The translations under genes were made by a program, and so were the position numbers. From Breznakia sp. PF5-3 (lineage in GTDB: Bacteria > Bacillota_I > Bacilli_A > Erysipelotrichales > Erysipelotrichaceae), in assembly GCF_029504745.1 (NCBI RefSeq), contig NZ_JAQFIQ010000015.1:1-32000 (forward strand): 32,000 bases of DNA, read 5' to 3'. Within the stretch, counting starts at the first letter, position 1, and each line of letters starts with the position of its first letter. The notes below the pieces were generated by a model. It saw nothing but the letters and a program-made list of their open reading frames with translations. It had not been told where the DNA came from and made no database searches. Shown here piece after piece: positions 25,352 through 32,000 of this stretch.

Positions 25352-25565
25352 ATATCTCTGTAGAAAAGATACTATAAAAATTTAGGTTTTAGAAAAAGGA
25401 GAGTGTATCTACAAGTGAATTTATGAAGTTATGTCTTCTAGGCATACCAAAAATTCCAAATATCGACCAAAAAGAACTCATTTTCGTTTGTCTGCGTAGT
25501 ATTTATGATAAGAACATAGTATGATAGTTATAATAAATAACAAATTTCCAAAAGGGGGGAAAAAC

Positions 25566-26738
25566 ATGCGAGCAAACAATATGATTGCTATGATTTTGGC
25601 TGGTGGAAGAGGGTCAAGGTTACACGCTTTGACAAGTAAGGTTGCGAAACCAGCTGTTTATTTTGGTGGGAAATATCGAATTATTGATTTTCCACTTAGT
25701 AACTGTGCGAATTCAAATATTGATATCGTCGGAGTACTTACACAATATGAATCGGTTTTACTAAATGCATATGCAAGTCAAGGGATACGATGGGGGCTTG
25801 ATACCTTTGATAGTGGTGTTTATGTATTACCACCAAGAGAAAAAGCGGATTCAGACTTAGATGTTTATCGAGGAACGGCAGATGCAATTACGCAAAATAT
25901 TGATTTTTTAGATCAATATAATCCAGAGTATATTTTAGTATTGTCTGGGGATCACATCTATAAGATGAACTATGAAGAGATGTTACGTTATCATGTGAGT
26001 GAAAAAGCTGATGTGACAATTGCGGTTCTTGAGGTTGATATGAAAGAAGCTAGTCGTTTTGGAATTATGAATACAGATAGTGAAGGAAGAATTGTAGAGT
26101 TTGAAGAAAAACCCGAGCATCCTAAAAGTAATTTGGCAAGTATGGGAATTTATATTTTTAATTGGAAACTATTACGTAAAGAGTTAATTGAAGATGCTAA
26201 AGATGAAACATCTTCACATGATTTTGGAAAAGATATTATTCCTAAATTGTTGGAAGAACATAAGCGATTGTATGCATTTACTTATTCTGGATATTGGAAG
26301 GATGTAGGAACCATTGATTCTTTATGGGAGGCAAACATGGATCTCTTATATAAGAATGAAGAAATAAATTTGAATGATTCTTCATGGAAAATCTATACAG
26401 AAGACACATCTTCTCTTCCTCAATATATTAGTGATACAGGTGAGGTTATTCACTCCTATATCAATCAAGGGTGTGTAATCAATGGAAAAGTAGAACGTTC
26501 CGTATTGTTTACAGATGTGAAGATTGGAAAGGGTGCTAAAGTTAGAGATGCAGTATTGATGCCAGGTGCAGAGGTTGGCGAAAATGCGATCGTTGATCGT
26601 TGTATCGTAGCTGAAAATGTACACATTGGTGCAGGGTGTAAAGCTGGAGATGCAAAAGGTGAACATATTGAATTAATATCTAAGAATGTGAAGAAAGAGC
26701 GTCCAAAAAAGACGAAAGTAAAAAGGGGGAATAGATAA
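25566..26738 (+). CDS. glgC: Glucose-1-phosphate adenylyltransferase catalytic subunit GlgC
   Basis: AAGGGGGG SD, then [19 protein letters not shown] (the GGxGxRL nucleotide-binding loop). [34 protein letters not shown], and a C-terminal left-handed beta-helix. The track start 25521 is an upstream extension. Confidence 0.93.
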   Translation: MRANNMIAMILAGGRGSRLHALTSKVAKPAVYFGGKYRIIDFPLSNCANSNIDIVGVLTQYESVLLNAYASQGIRWGLDTFDSGVYVLPPREKADSDLDVYRGTADAITQNIDFLDQYNPEYILVLSGDHIYKMNYEEMLRYHVSEKADVTIAVLEVDMKEASRFGIMNTDSEGRIVEFEEKPEHPKSNLASMGIYIFNWKLLRKELIEDAKDETSSHDFGKDIIPKLLEEHKRLYAFTYSGYWKDVGTIDSLWEANMDLLYKNEEINLNDSSWKIYTEDTSSLPQYISDTGEVIHSYINQGCVINGKVERSVLFTDVKIGKGAKVRDAVLMPGAEVGENAIVDRCIVAENVHIGAGCKAGDAKGEHIELISKNVKKERPKKTKVKRGNR

Positions 26739-27853
26739 TGTGTGATGCATTTGGTGTTGTGATTTTCTCGGGAACGAATGTACATATCGATGGAATTGAA
26801 GATTATCGTTCTATAGGATCCATTTCTTTTTTAGGAAGATATAGAGTTATTGATATTCCTTTATCAAATCTTACGAATTCGGGGATTGAAACAATTCAGT
26901 TGTATGTGAAAAATAACCCTCGTAGTATTATTGATCACGTTGGTACAGGTAGACATTACAATATTAATTCAAAACGGGGATCATTAGATATTTTATTTGG
27001 TAATGGGAAATCACTTTCGGAGTTTTATCGTAGTGATATTGCAACGTTTGATTATAATCGCTCAGCTATTGAAAATATGAGTCAAAAATATGTTGTAGTA
27101 GCAGCGAACTTTATGTTATATAGTATTGATTATAATGATGTAATTGAAGAACATATCAAAACGGGTGCAGATGTAACAGTGCTATATAAGAATGTTGATA
27201 ATGCGAAAGAAGCATTTATTAATTGTGATGTTTTAAATTTAAATAAGCAAAAAGGAGTTTTATCGATTGATCGCAATCGAGGAAATTTCAAAAATAAAAA
27301 TATCTCAATGGAATCTTATGTTATGAGTAAAGAAATATTCTTAGCGATGGTTGATCAAGCAGTAAATACAAGTTCTTTATATTGGATGCGTGATATTTTG
27401 AATGATGCATCAACATATTTAGATATTCGTGGGTATCAATATAAGGGATACTTAGCAGCAATTAATTCTTTTGCTTCATATTATCGTTGTAATATGGAGT
27501 TATTGAATCCAAGAAATCGATCTCGATTATTTAAAGAGGATTGGCCAATTTATACAAAAACCAATGACTCATCACCAACACATTATTTTTCAACAGGTAG
27601 TGCAACAAATTCTTTGGTGTCCAATGGATGTTGTATTGAAGGGCGTGTTGAAAATAGTGTAATTGGTCGTGGCTGCAATATTAAAAAAGGTGCGATTGTT
27701 AAAAACTCAATTATTTTTCCTGGTAGTGTAGTCGGGGAAGATGTGAGTATTGATTATACAGTTATTGATAAGAAAGTAATCATATCAAAAGTAAAAGAGG
27801 TTAATGGAACCCTTGATCAGCCAGCGTATGTAAAACGCGATGATCGTATTTAG
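26738..27853 (+). CDS. glgD: Glucose-1-phosphate adenylyltransferase regulatory subunit GlgD
   Basis: TAATG overlap with glgC. A GlgC paralogue lacking the GGxGxRL loop (GVVIFSGTN...). FLGRYRVIDIPLSNLTNSGI. The position between glgC and glgA is as in the Bacillota glgCDA operon. Confidence 0.88.
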   Translation: MCDAFGVVIFSGTNVHIDGIEDYRSIGSISFLGRYRVIDIPLSNLTNSGIETIQLYVKNNPRSIIDHVGTGRHYNINSKRGSLDILFGNGKSLSEFYRSDIATFDYNRSAIENMSQKYVVVAANFMLYSIDYNDVIEEHIKTGADVTVLYKNVDNAKEAFINCDVLNLNKQKGVLSIDRNRGNFKNKNISMESYVMSKEIFLAMVDQAVNTSSLYWMRDILNDASTYLDIRGYQYKGYLAAINSFASYYRCNMELLNPRNRSRLFKEDWPIYTKTNDSSPTHYFSTGSATNSLVSNGCCIEGRVENSVIGRGCNIKKGAIVKNSIIFPGSVVGEDVSIDYTVIDKKVIISKVKEVNGTLDQPAYVKRDDRI

Positions 27854-27862
27854 GTAAATGTT

Positions 27863-29302
27863 ATGAAAAGTGCATTATATGTTGCGGCAGAAGGTTTGCC
27901 ATATATTAAAAGTGGAGGTTTAGCAGATGTAATTGGATCGCTTCCTAAAGCGATTCAATCACATGGAGTAGAAGTAAGAGTTGTTATTCCTCTTTATTTA
28001 AAGATTGCTGAAAAATATCATGAGGAATTAAAATTTATTAAAGAGTACTTTGTAAGCATCAATTATCAAGAAGTTCCTGTACGATTGTTACAGAGTGAAT
28101 ATGAAGGTGTAACATATTATTTTATTGAACACCAAGGTTATTTTGAAAGAGAAGCTATGTATGGGTATGGAGATGATGGAGAACGGTTTGCATATTTTCA
28201 AAAAGCAGTATTGGAAATGTTGAATCAGTTGGATTATTTTCCCGATATTCTTCATTGTCATGATTGGCATACGGGAATGATTCCTGTTATGTGTAAAGAG
28301 AATTATCAACACGATAAACGTTATCGTCAAATGAAGCATGTGTATACTATTCATAATCTTGCATATCAAGGAAACTTTTCAAAAGACATGTTGGATAGTT
28401 GTTTAGGATTATCAATGCAATTATATGATAATGGAAATGTACGCTTTGATACAGGAATTAGCTTCATGAAAAGTGGTATCGTATATGCAGATCAAGTGAC
28501 AACGGTTTCACCTACATATGCACAAGAGATATTAACATCAGAATATGGTGAACACTTGGAGCATGTATTGCAAATGCGTGCTCAGAATTTAACTGGAATT
28601 GTCAACGGAATCGATACTGTAATGTGGGATCCCAAAACAGATGTGAATATTGATGTTAATTTTAATCAAGTAAATGTATTTAAGAAAAAAAGTGAAAATA
28701 AAACAGCATTACAAAAAGAACTTGGTTTAAAAGTGGATCCAGATGTCTTCTTGTTAGGTATGGTAACAAGACTAACGGGGCAAAAAGGATTAAACTTGGT
28801 TCAAGAACAAATGTCATGGTTAATTGATTCCAATATCCAGATGATTATCTTAGGAAGTGGAGATCAATATCTAGAGGATGAATTTAATGCTGTGGAAGCT
28901 GGAAATAAAGGAAAGTTTGTATTTTATTGTGGCTATAATGAAACGTTGGCACATAAAATATATGCAAGTTGTGATGGCTTTTTGATGCCATCGAAGTTTG
29001 AACCTTGTGGGATATCACAATTAATTTCTTTACATTATGGAACCTTACCAATTGTTAGAGAGACAGGTGGATTGAAAGATACCATCACCCCATATAATGA
29101 GTTTACAGGAGAAGGAAATGGATTCTCTTTTGCTAATTTTAATGGTTGGGAGATGATGGAGTGTGTCAAGCGAGCACTTCATGTATATTATGATAACCCA
29201 GCAGCATACCGTAAGCTTATTAAAAATGCAATGAAGGGTGATGTTAGTTGGGATAAAAGTGCAGTAGAATACATTGAAATGTATAAAAAAGTAATAAAAT
29301 GA
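27863..29302 (+). CDS. glgA: Glycogen synthase (ADP-glucose type, GT5)
   Basis: N-terminal E-x-x-P-x-x-K-x-GGLADV motif (AAEGLPYIKSGGLADVIGSLP), HCHDWHTG, TVSPTYAQEI, PSKFEPCGISQL. Confidence 0.93.
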   Translation: MKSALYVAAEGLPYIKSGGLADVIGSLPKAIQSHGVEVRVVIPLYLKIAEKYHEELKFIKEYFVSINYQEVPVRLLQSEYEGVTYYFIEHQGYFEREAMYGYGDDGERFAYFQKAVLEMLNQLDYFPDILHCHDWHTGMIPVMCKENYQHDKRYRQMKHVYTIHNLAYQGNFSKDMLDSCLGLSMQLYDNGNVRFDTGISFMKSGIVYADQVTTVSPTYAQEILTSEYGEHLEHVLQMRAQNLTGIVNGIDTVMWDPKTDVNIDVNFNQVNVFKKKSENKTALQKELGLKVDPDVFLLGMVTRLTGQKGLNLVQEQMSWLIDSNIQMIILGSGDQYLEDEFNAVEAGNKGKFVFYCGYNETLAHKIYASCDGFLMPSKFEPCGISQLISLHYGTLPIVRETGGLKDTITPYNEFTGEGNGFSFANFNGWEMMECVKRALHVYYDNPAAYRKLIKNAMKGDVSWDKSAVEYIEMYKKVIK

Positions 29303-29329
29303 AGCAGATTTTTATAAATCTGCTTTTTA
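29302..29329 (+). terminator. Rho-independent terminator of glgCDA
   Basis: AAGCAGATTT-TTAT-AAATCTGCTT perfect 10-bp hairpin followed by TTTTT. Confidence 0.8.
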
Positions 29330-29344
29330 AGTATCGATAAAGAG

Positions 29345-29372
29345 TTGACTTCCTTTTTTAAAGCTTTATAAT
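29345..29372 (+). promoter_or_regulatory. Near-consensus SigA promoter for the IMP dehydrogenase gene
   Basis: TTGACT (29345-29350), 16-nt spacer, TATAAT (29367-29372). AAGGAGG SD before ATG 29417. Confidence 0.6.
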
Positions 29373-29416
29373 ATAAACAACAAATTTAATAAAAACAATA
29401 AGGAGGACTATAATTC

Positions 29417-30925
29417 ATGGCATTTTATTTTAAAGAACCATCACGCACTTTTAGTGAATATTTATTGGTACCAGGGTATTCTTCTAGAGAATGTACACCA
29501 GACAGTGTTTCATTAGCGACACCACTTGTGAAGTATAAGAAAGGTGAGAAACCTGCAATTACAATGAACATTCCTCTTGTAAGTGCAATTATGCAATCTG
29601 TATCAGGTGAAAAGATGGCGGTTGCATTAGCAAAAGAGGGTGGTATCGCTTTTATTTATGGATCACAAACAATCGAGGAAGAAGCAAATATGATTCGTCG
29701 TGTAAAAGCAACAAAAGCAGGTTTTGTGCCTAGTGATTCTAATATCAAACCAACGGATACATTAAAAGATGTTATCGCATTAAAAAAACGCACAGGACAT
29801 GGAACGATTGCAGTAACGGATGATGGAACTTCAGAAGGAAAAATCGTAGGAATTGTAACAACAAGAGACTATCGTGTATCAAGAATGGATTTGAATACGA
29901 AAGTGGAAAGTTTTATGACACCTTATGAGAAGTTGATTTATGGAGATGATGGTATTTCTTTATCCGAAGCAAATGACATTATTTGGGATAATAAATTAAA
30001 TGCATTACCAATTATAGATAAGAATCAACGTTTAAAATATTTTGTGTTTAGAAAAGATTATGATTCTCATAAAGAAAATCCAAATGAATTATTAGATTCT
30101 CATAAACGATATATTGTAGGAGCTGGAATTAATACTCGTGATTATGAACAACGGATTCCTGCATTGATTGAAGCAGGGGCAGACGTACTTTGTATTGACT
30201 CAAGTGAAGGATTCTCAGAATGGCAGAAAATCACATTGGCTTGGGTTCGTGAAAAGTATGGAGACAAGGTAAAAGTTGGGGCAGGAAATGTTGTTGATCG
30301 TGAAGGGTTTAGATTCTTAGCAGAAGCTGGAGCAGATTTTATCAAAGTTGGAATTGGTGGAGGTAGTATCTGTATCACACGTGAACAAAAAGGAATTGGA
30401 CGTGGACAGGCAACTGCTTTGCAAGAAGTTGCAGCAGCACGTGATGAATATTATGAAGAAACAGGGGTATATGTACCAATTTGTAGTGATGGTGGAATTG
30501 TCCATGATTATCATATTACGCTAGCACTTGCCATGGGTTCAGATTTCTTAATGTTGGGACGTTATTTTTCAAGATTTGATGAATCACCAACAAAGAAAAT
30601 TAGTGTAAATGGAACATATATGAAAGAATATTGGGGTGAAGGTAGCGCCCGCGCTCGTAACTGGCAACGTTATGATATGGGTGGAGAAGATGAGCTTTCT
30701 TTTGTGGAAGGTGTTGATTCTTATGTACCTTATGCAGGACGTTTGAAAGATAATGTTGGCTTAACCCTTAGTAAAGTAAGACATACGATGTGTAACTGTG
30801 GATCACTTAGTATTGATGAACTTCAACAAAATGCTAAGATTACCCTTGTATCTTCTACAAGTATTGTAGAAGGTGGAGCACATGATGTTGTGGTAAAAGA
30901 AGGAAATTATGATCAAAAAAAATAA
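29417..30925 (+). CDS. guaB: IMP dehydrogenase (about 500-aa subfamily with a CBS pair)
   Basis: IMPDH/GMPR barrel. Catalytic-Cys loop [21 protein letters not shown], phosphate-binding GGI and MLGRYF. CBS-pair insert at about aa 95-215. The N-terminus [20 protein letters not shown] is typical of the clostridial-type long IMPDH. Confidence 0.8.
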   Translation: MAFYFKEPSRTFSEYLLVPGYSSRECTPDSVSLATPLVKYKKGEKPAITMNIPLVSAIMQSVSGEKMAVALAKEGGIAFIYGSQTIEEEANMIRRVKATKAGFVPSDSNIKPTDTLKDVIALKKRTGHGTIAVTDDGTSEGKIVGIVTTRDYRVSRMDLNTKVESFMTPYEKLIYGDDGISLSEANDIIWDNKLNALPIIDKNQRLKYFVFRKDYDSHKENPNELLDSHKRYIVGAGINTRDYEQRIPALIEAGADVLCIDSSEGFSEWQKITLAWVREKYGDKVKVGAGNVVDREGFRFLAEAGADFIKVGIGGGSICITREQKGIGRGQATALQEVAAARDEYYEETGVYVPICSDGGIVHDYHITLALAMGSDFLMLGRYFSRFDESPTKKISVNGTYMKEYWGEGSARARNWQRYDMGGEDELSFVEGVDSYVPYAGRLKDNVGLTLSKVRHTMCNCGSLSIDELQQNAKITLVSSTSIVEGGAHDVVVKEGNYDQKK

Positions 30926-30945
30926 CTCTTTAGAGTTGTTTTTTG

Positions 30946-30980
30946 TTGCAATTACCTTGATTGCAATGTTCTTTTATTTT
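30946..30980 (+). terminator. Terminator-like hairpin after the IMPDH gene
   Basis: TTGCAAT-TACCTTG-ATTGCAA followed by a T-rich TGTTCTTTTATTTT. A weaker AACTC/GAGTT hairpin plus T6 lies at 30924-30945. Confidence 0.45.
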
Positions 30981-31050
30981 CCGGTCATATGAATAGAGTT
31001 CCATATGTAGTGGTGATAGAATAAAATTAAGATAAAAAGGAGATTTAAAG

Positions 31051-31410
31051 ATGAAATTTATTAAATGTGAAGATTGCGATTCAGTTGCGTTAGTATTAAG
31101 TGATGGCAAAGTGTGCAGCGGTGAAGAAAATGAGTTAGTGCCAAATACAGTGGATGCTGCGCAAGAAAAACATGTTCCATATGTGGTGAAAGAAGGTAAT
31201 ATTTTAAAAGTTCAAGTTGGTGAAGTTGAACATCCAATGTTGCAAGAACATCATATCGAATGGATTTTGGTAGAAACAAAAGCTGGAAGTATGATGAAAC
31301 GTTTAAATCCAGGTGAAAAGCCATATGCGGAATTTAACATTGAAGGTGAAGAAGTTATCGCAGTATATGAATATTGTAATTTACATGGTCTTTGGAAAAA
31401 AGAAATGTAA
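31051..31410 (+). CDS. Superoxide reductase (desulfoferrodoxin family) with an incomplete N-terminal Cys4 site
   Basis: Centre II ligands are all present: EKHVP, HPM, EHHIEW, CNLHGLW. The N-terminal domain aligns to Dfx (KCEDC...VCS) but has 3 of the 4 cysteines. Confidence 0.8.
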   Translation: MKFIKCEDCDSVALVLSDGKVCSGEENELVPNTVDAAQEKHVPYVVKEGNILKVQVGEVEHPMLQEHHIEWILVETKAGSMMKRLNPGEKPYAEFNIEGEEVIAVYEYCNLHGLWKKEM

Positions 31411-31441
31411 TCTGTTATTTATTATATATTAATGAACTTTT

Positions 31442-31696
31442 ATGATGAAACTTAGAGAGATGAAAAACATTGGTAAAACAATGGAAGAAAAACTTAATTC
31501 AATTGGTGTATTTACGCCAGAAGAATTAATTGATATGGGTAGTAAATGTGCTTATGAAGAATTGAAAAAAGAATATTCAAATGTTTGCTTAGTGCATTTA
31601 TATACTTTAGAGGCCGCAATTTGTGATATTGAAATATCCGAGTTGCCAGAAAATATAAGAAGAAATTTAAAAGATTTTTCAGATGCAATAAATTAA
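31442..31696 (+). CDS. TfoX C-terminal-domain protein (stand-alone HhH-type TfoX_C)
   Basis: 84 aa. LREMKNIGKTMEEKLNSIGVFTPEELIDMGSKCAYEELKK matches the TfoX/Sxy C-terminal domain pattern (L..lpNIG......L...GI.t...L...G...ay..l). No good SD. Confidence 0.6.
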   Translation: MMKLREMKNIGKTMEEKLNSIGVFTPEELIDMGSKCAYEELKKEYSNVCLVHLYTLEAAICDIEISELPENIRRNLKDFSDAIN

Positions 31697-31729
31697 AAGC
31701 TGTTGATCATTAAGATCAGCAGCTTTTTT
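31695..31729. terminator. Bidirectional terminator between convergent genes
   Basis: AAAAGCTGTTGATC-ATTAA-GATCAGCAGCTTTT hairpin with one G-U pair, an A-run upstream and TTTTTT downstream. It abuts both stop codons. Confidence 0.75.
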
Positions 31730-32000
31730 AGATATCCAATAAATTGTTAAGTTCTTTGACAACAATGTTTGCATCTATATTTGAATATAGATCATCATAA
31801 TATTGAACATATTTAATTTCGTCATATTCATTGATGATAAAGATAGATTTTACTAGAGAACTAATTTCATAAATATAAGTTCCAGTATAGCGTGCAAAAT
31901 TACGTAATTTAAAATCTGATAAAAACTTAAATGTTTTTAATTTTTTTGAAGAGCCTAAACGTTTTTGCGTGTAAACGGGTTCGTTAGAAATTAAATAAAA
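31728..32000 (-). CDS. Hypothetical protein, C-terminal 90 aa only (gene continues right of the window)
   Basis: The minus-strand frame is open from the window edge to TAA (complement of 31728-31730): ...FYLISNEPVYTQKRLGSSKKLKTFKFLSDFKLRNFARYTGTYIYEISSLVKSIFIINEYDEIKYVQYYDDLYSNIDANIVVKELNNLLDI. It is absent from the ORF track because no start codon lies in the window. No family recognised. Confidence 0.5.
   Translation of the reverse strand, partial: FYLISNEPVYTQKRLGSSKKLKTFKFLSDFKLRNFARYTGTYIYEISSLVKSIFIINEYDEIKYVQYYDDLYSNIDANIVVKELNNLLDI

Noticed and set aside
25423-25524. A 33-codon ORF ([33 protein letters not shown]) in the glgC leader, as a possible leader peptide.
   Set aside because: The nearest GGAG is about 20 nt upstream, which is too far. 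There are no tandem regulatory codons and no obvious attenuator downstream. It is kept only as a note inside the leader finding.
29303-29416. A purine riboswitch upstream of guaB, and a c-di-AMP (ydaO-type) riboswitch upstream of the NlpC/P60 gene (2529-2654).
   Set aside because: Both leaders are too short once the terminator, promoter and RBS are accounted for, and neither shows the conserved helices or junction sequences of those classes.
1313-30514. Many 60-115-aa ORFs in the track lie antisense to, or in alternative frames of, well-supported genes. Examples: 1313..1543 (-), 2370..2552 (-), 2796..3011 (-), 3943..4134 (+), 5569..5820 (+), 7421..7648 (+), 8206..8550 (+), 11231..11413 (-), 11978..12241 (-), 12286..12507 (-), 14134..14352 (-), 17557..18212 (-), 18961..19254 (+), 20043..20558 (+), 24039..24263 (-), 26382..26785 (-), 28088..28369 (-), 30142..30514 (-), 31061..31324 (-).
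   Set aside because: Each is fully nested in a gene with clear family motifs. They have low-complexity or Cys/Ile/Phe-rich composition typical of off-frame translation of AT-rich DNA, lack SD sequences, and match no family I recognise.
30981-31050. Paired CATATG palindromes (tcatatgaatagagttccatatg) upstream of the SOR gene, as a possible PerR or Fur-type operator.
   Set aside because: This is only two copies of a 6-bp self-complementary hexamer in AT-rich DNA. It does not resemble the 7-1-7 Per/Fur box consensus.
1-32000. A scan for CRISPR repeats, tRNA or rRNA genes, prophage or integrase genes, toxin-antitoxin pairs, restriction-modification or other defence modules, and long direct or inverted repeats.
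   Set aside because: None was found by eye. Apart from the IS fragment at the left edge, every gene has a plausible housekeeping assignment, and the synteny (comF ... secA-prfB ... ftsEX) is typical of a Bacillota core chromosome.

Overview
AT-rich, densely coded Bacillota-type chromosomal window that is almost entirely core or housekeeping. Gene order, left to right: (1) the 3' part of an IS1595-family transposase; (2) an envelope-looking block of a zinc-ribbon membrane protein, an RDD-PHP fusion protein and a membrane-anchored NlpC/P60 hydrolase; (3) an Lrp/AsnC regulator plus aminotransferase pair on the minus strand; (4) comFA-comFC; (5) an MscS-family channel, also on the minus strand; (6) a cold-shock protein; (7) secA-prfB, where prfB carries the classical programmed +1 frameshift that the ORF track misses; (8) a YitT-family protein and a FemAB-family transferase; (9) ftsE-ftsX; (10) a cytoplasmic AmyX-like pullulanase translationally coupled to two small membrane proteins (DUF4234-like and DUF2752-like); (11) a convergent atypical GH13 enzyme; (12) ung-folC, a structured leader and a FolT-like ECF S-component; (13) pta; (14) glgC-glgD-glgA; (15) an IMP dehydrogenase; (16) a superoxide reductase; (17) a stand-alone TfoX C-terminal domain protein; (18) the 3' end of an unidentified minus-strand gene at the right edge. 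I found no CRISPR array, tRNA, rRNA, prophage, toxin-antitoxin pair or defence-island signature, and no convincing previously undescribed multi-gene system. The items most worth a second look are domain-architecture oddities and one candidate cis-regulatory RNA: the RDD-PHP fusion with degenerate metal ligands, the NlpC/P60 hydrolase with a repeat-bearing cytoplasmic head, pullulanase coupling to DUF4234/DUF2752, a maltosyltransferase-like GH13, and the folC-folT leader. All functional calls come from motif recognition by eye. No database search was run.
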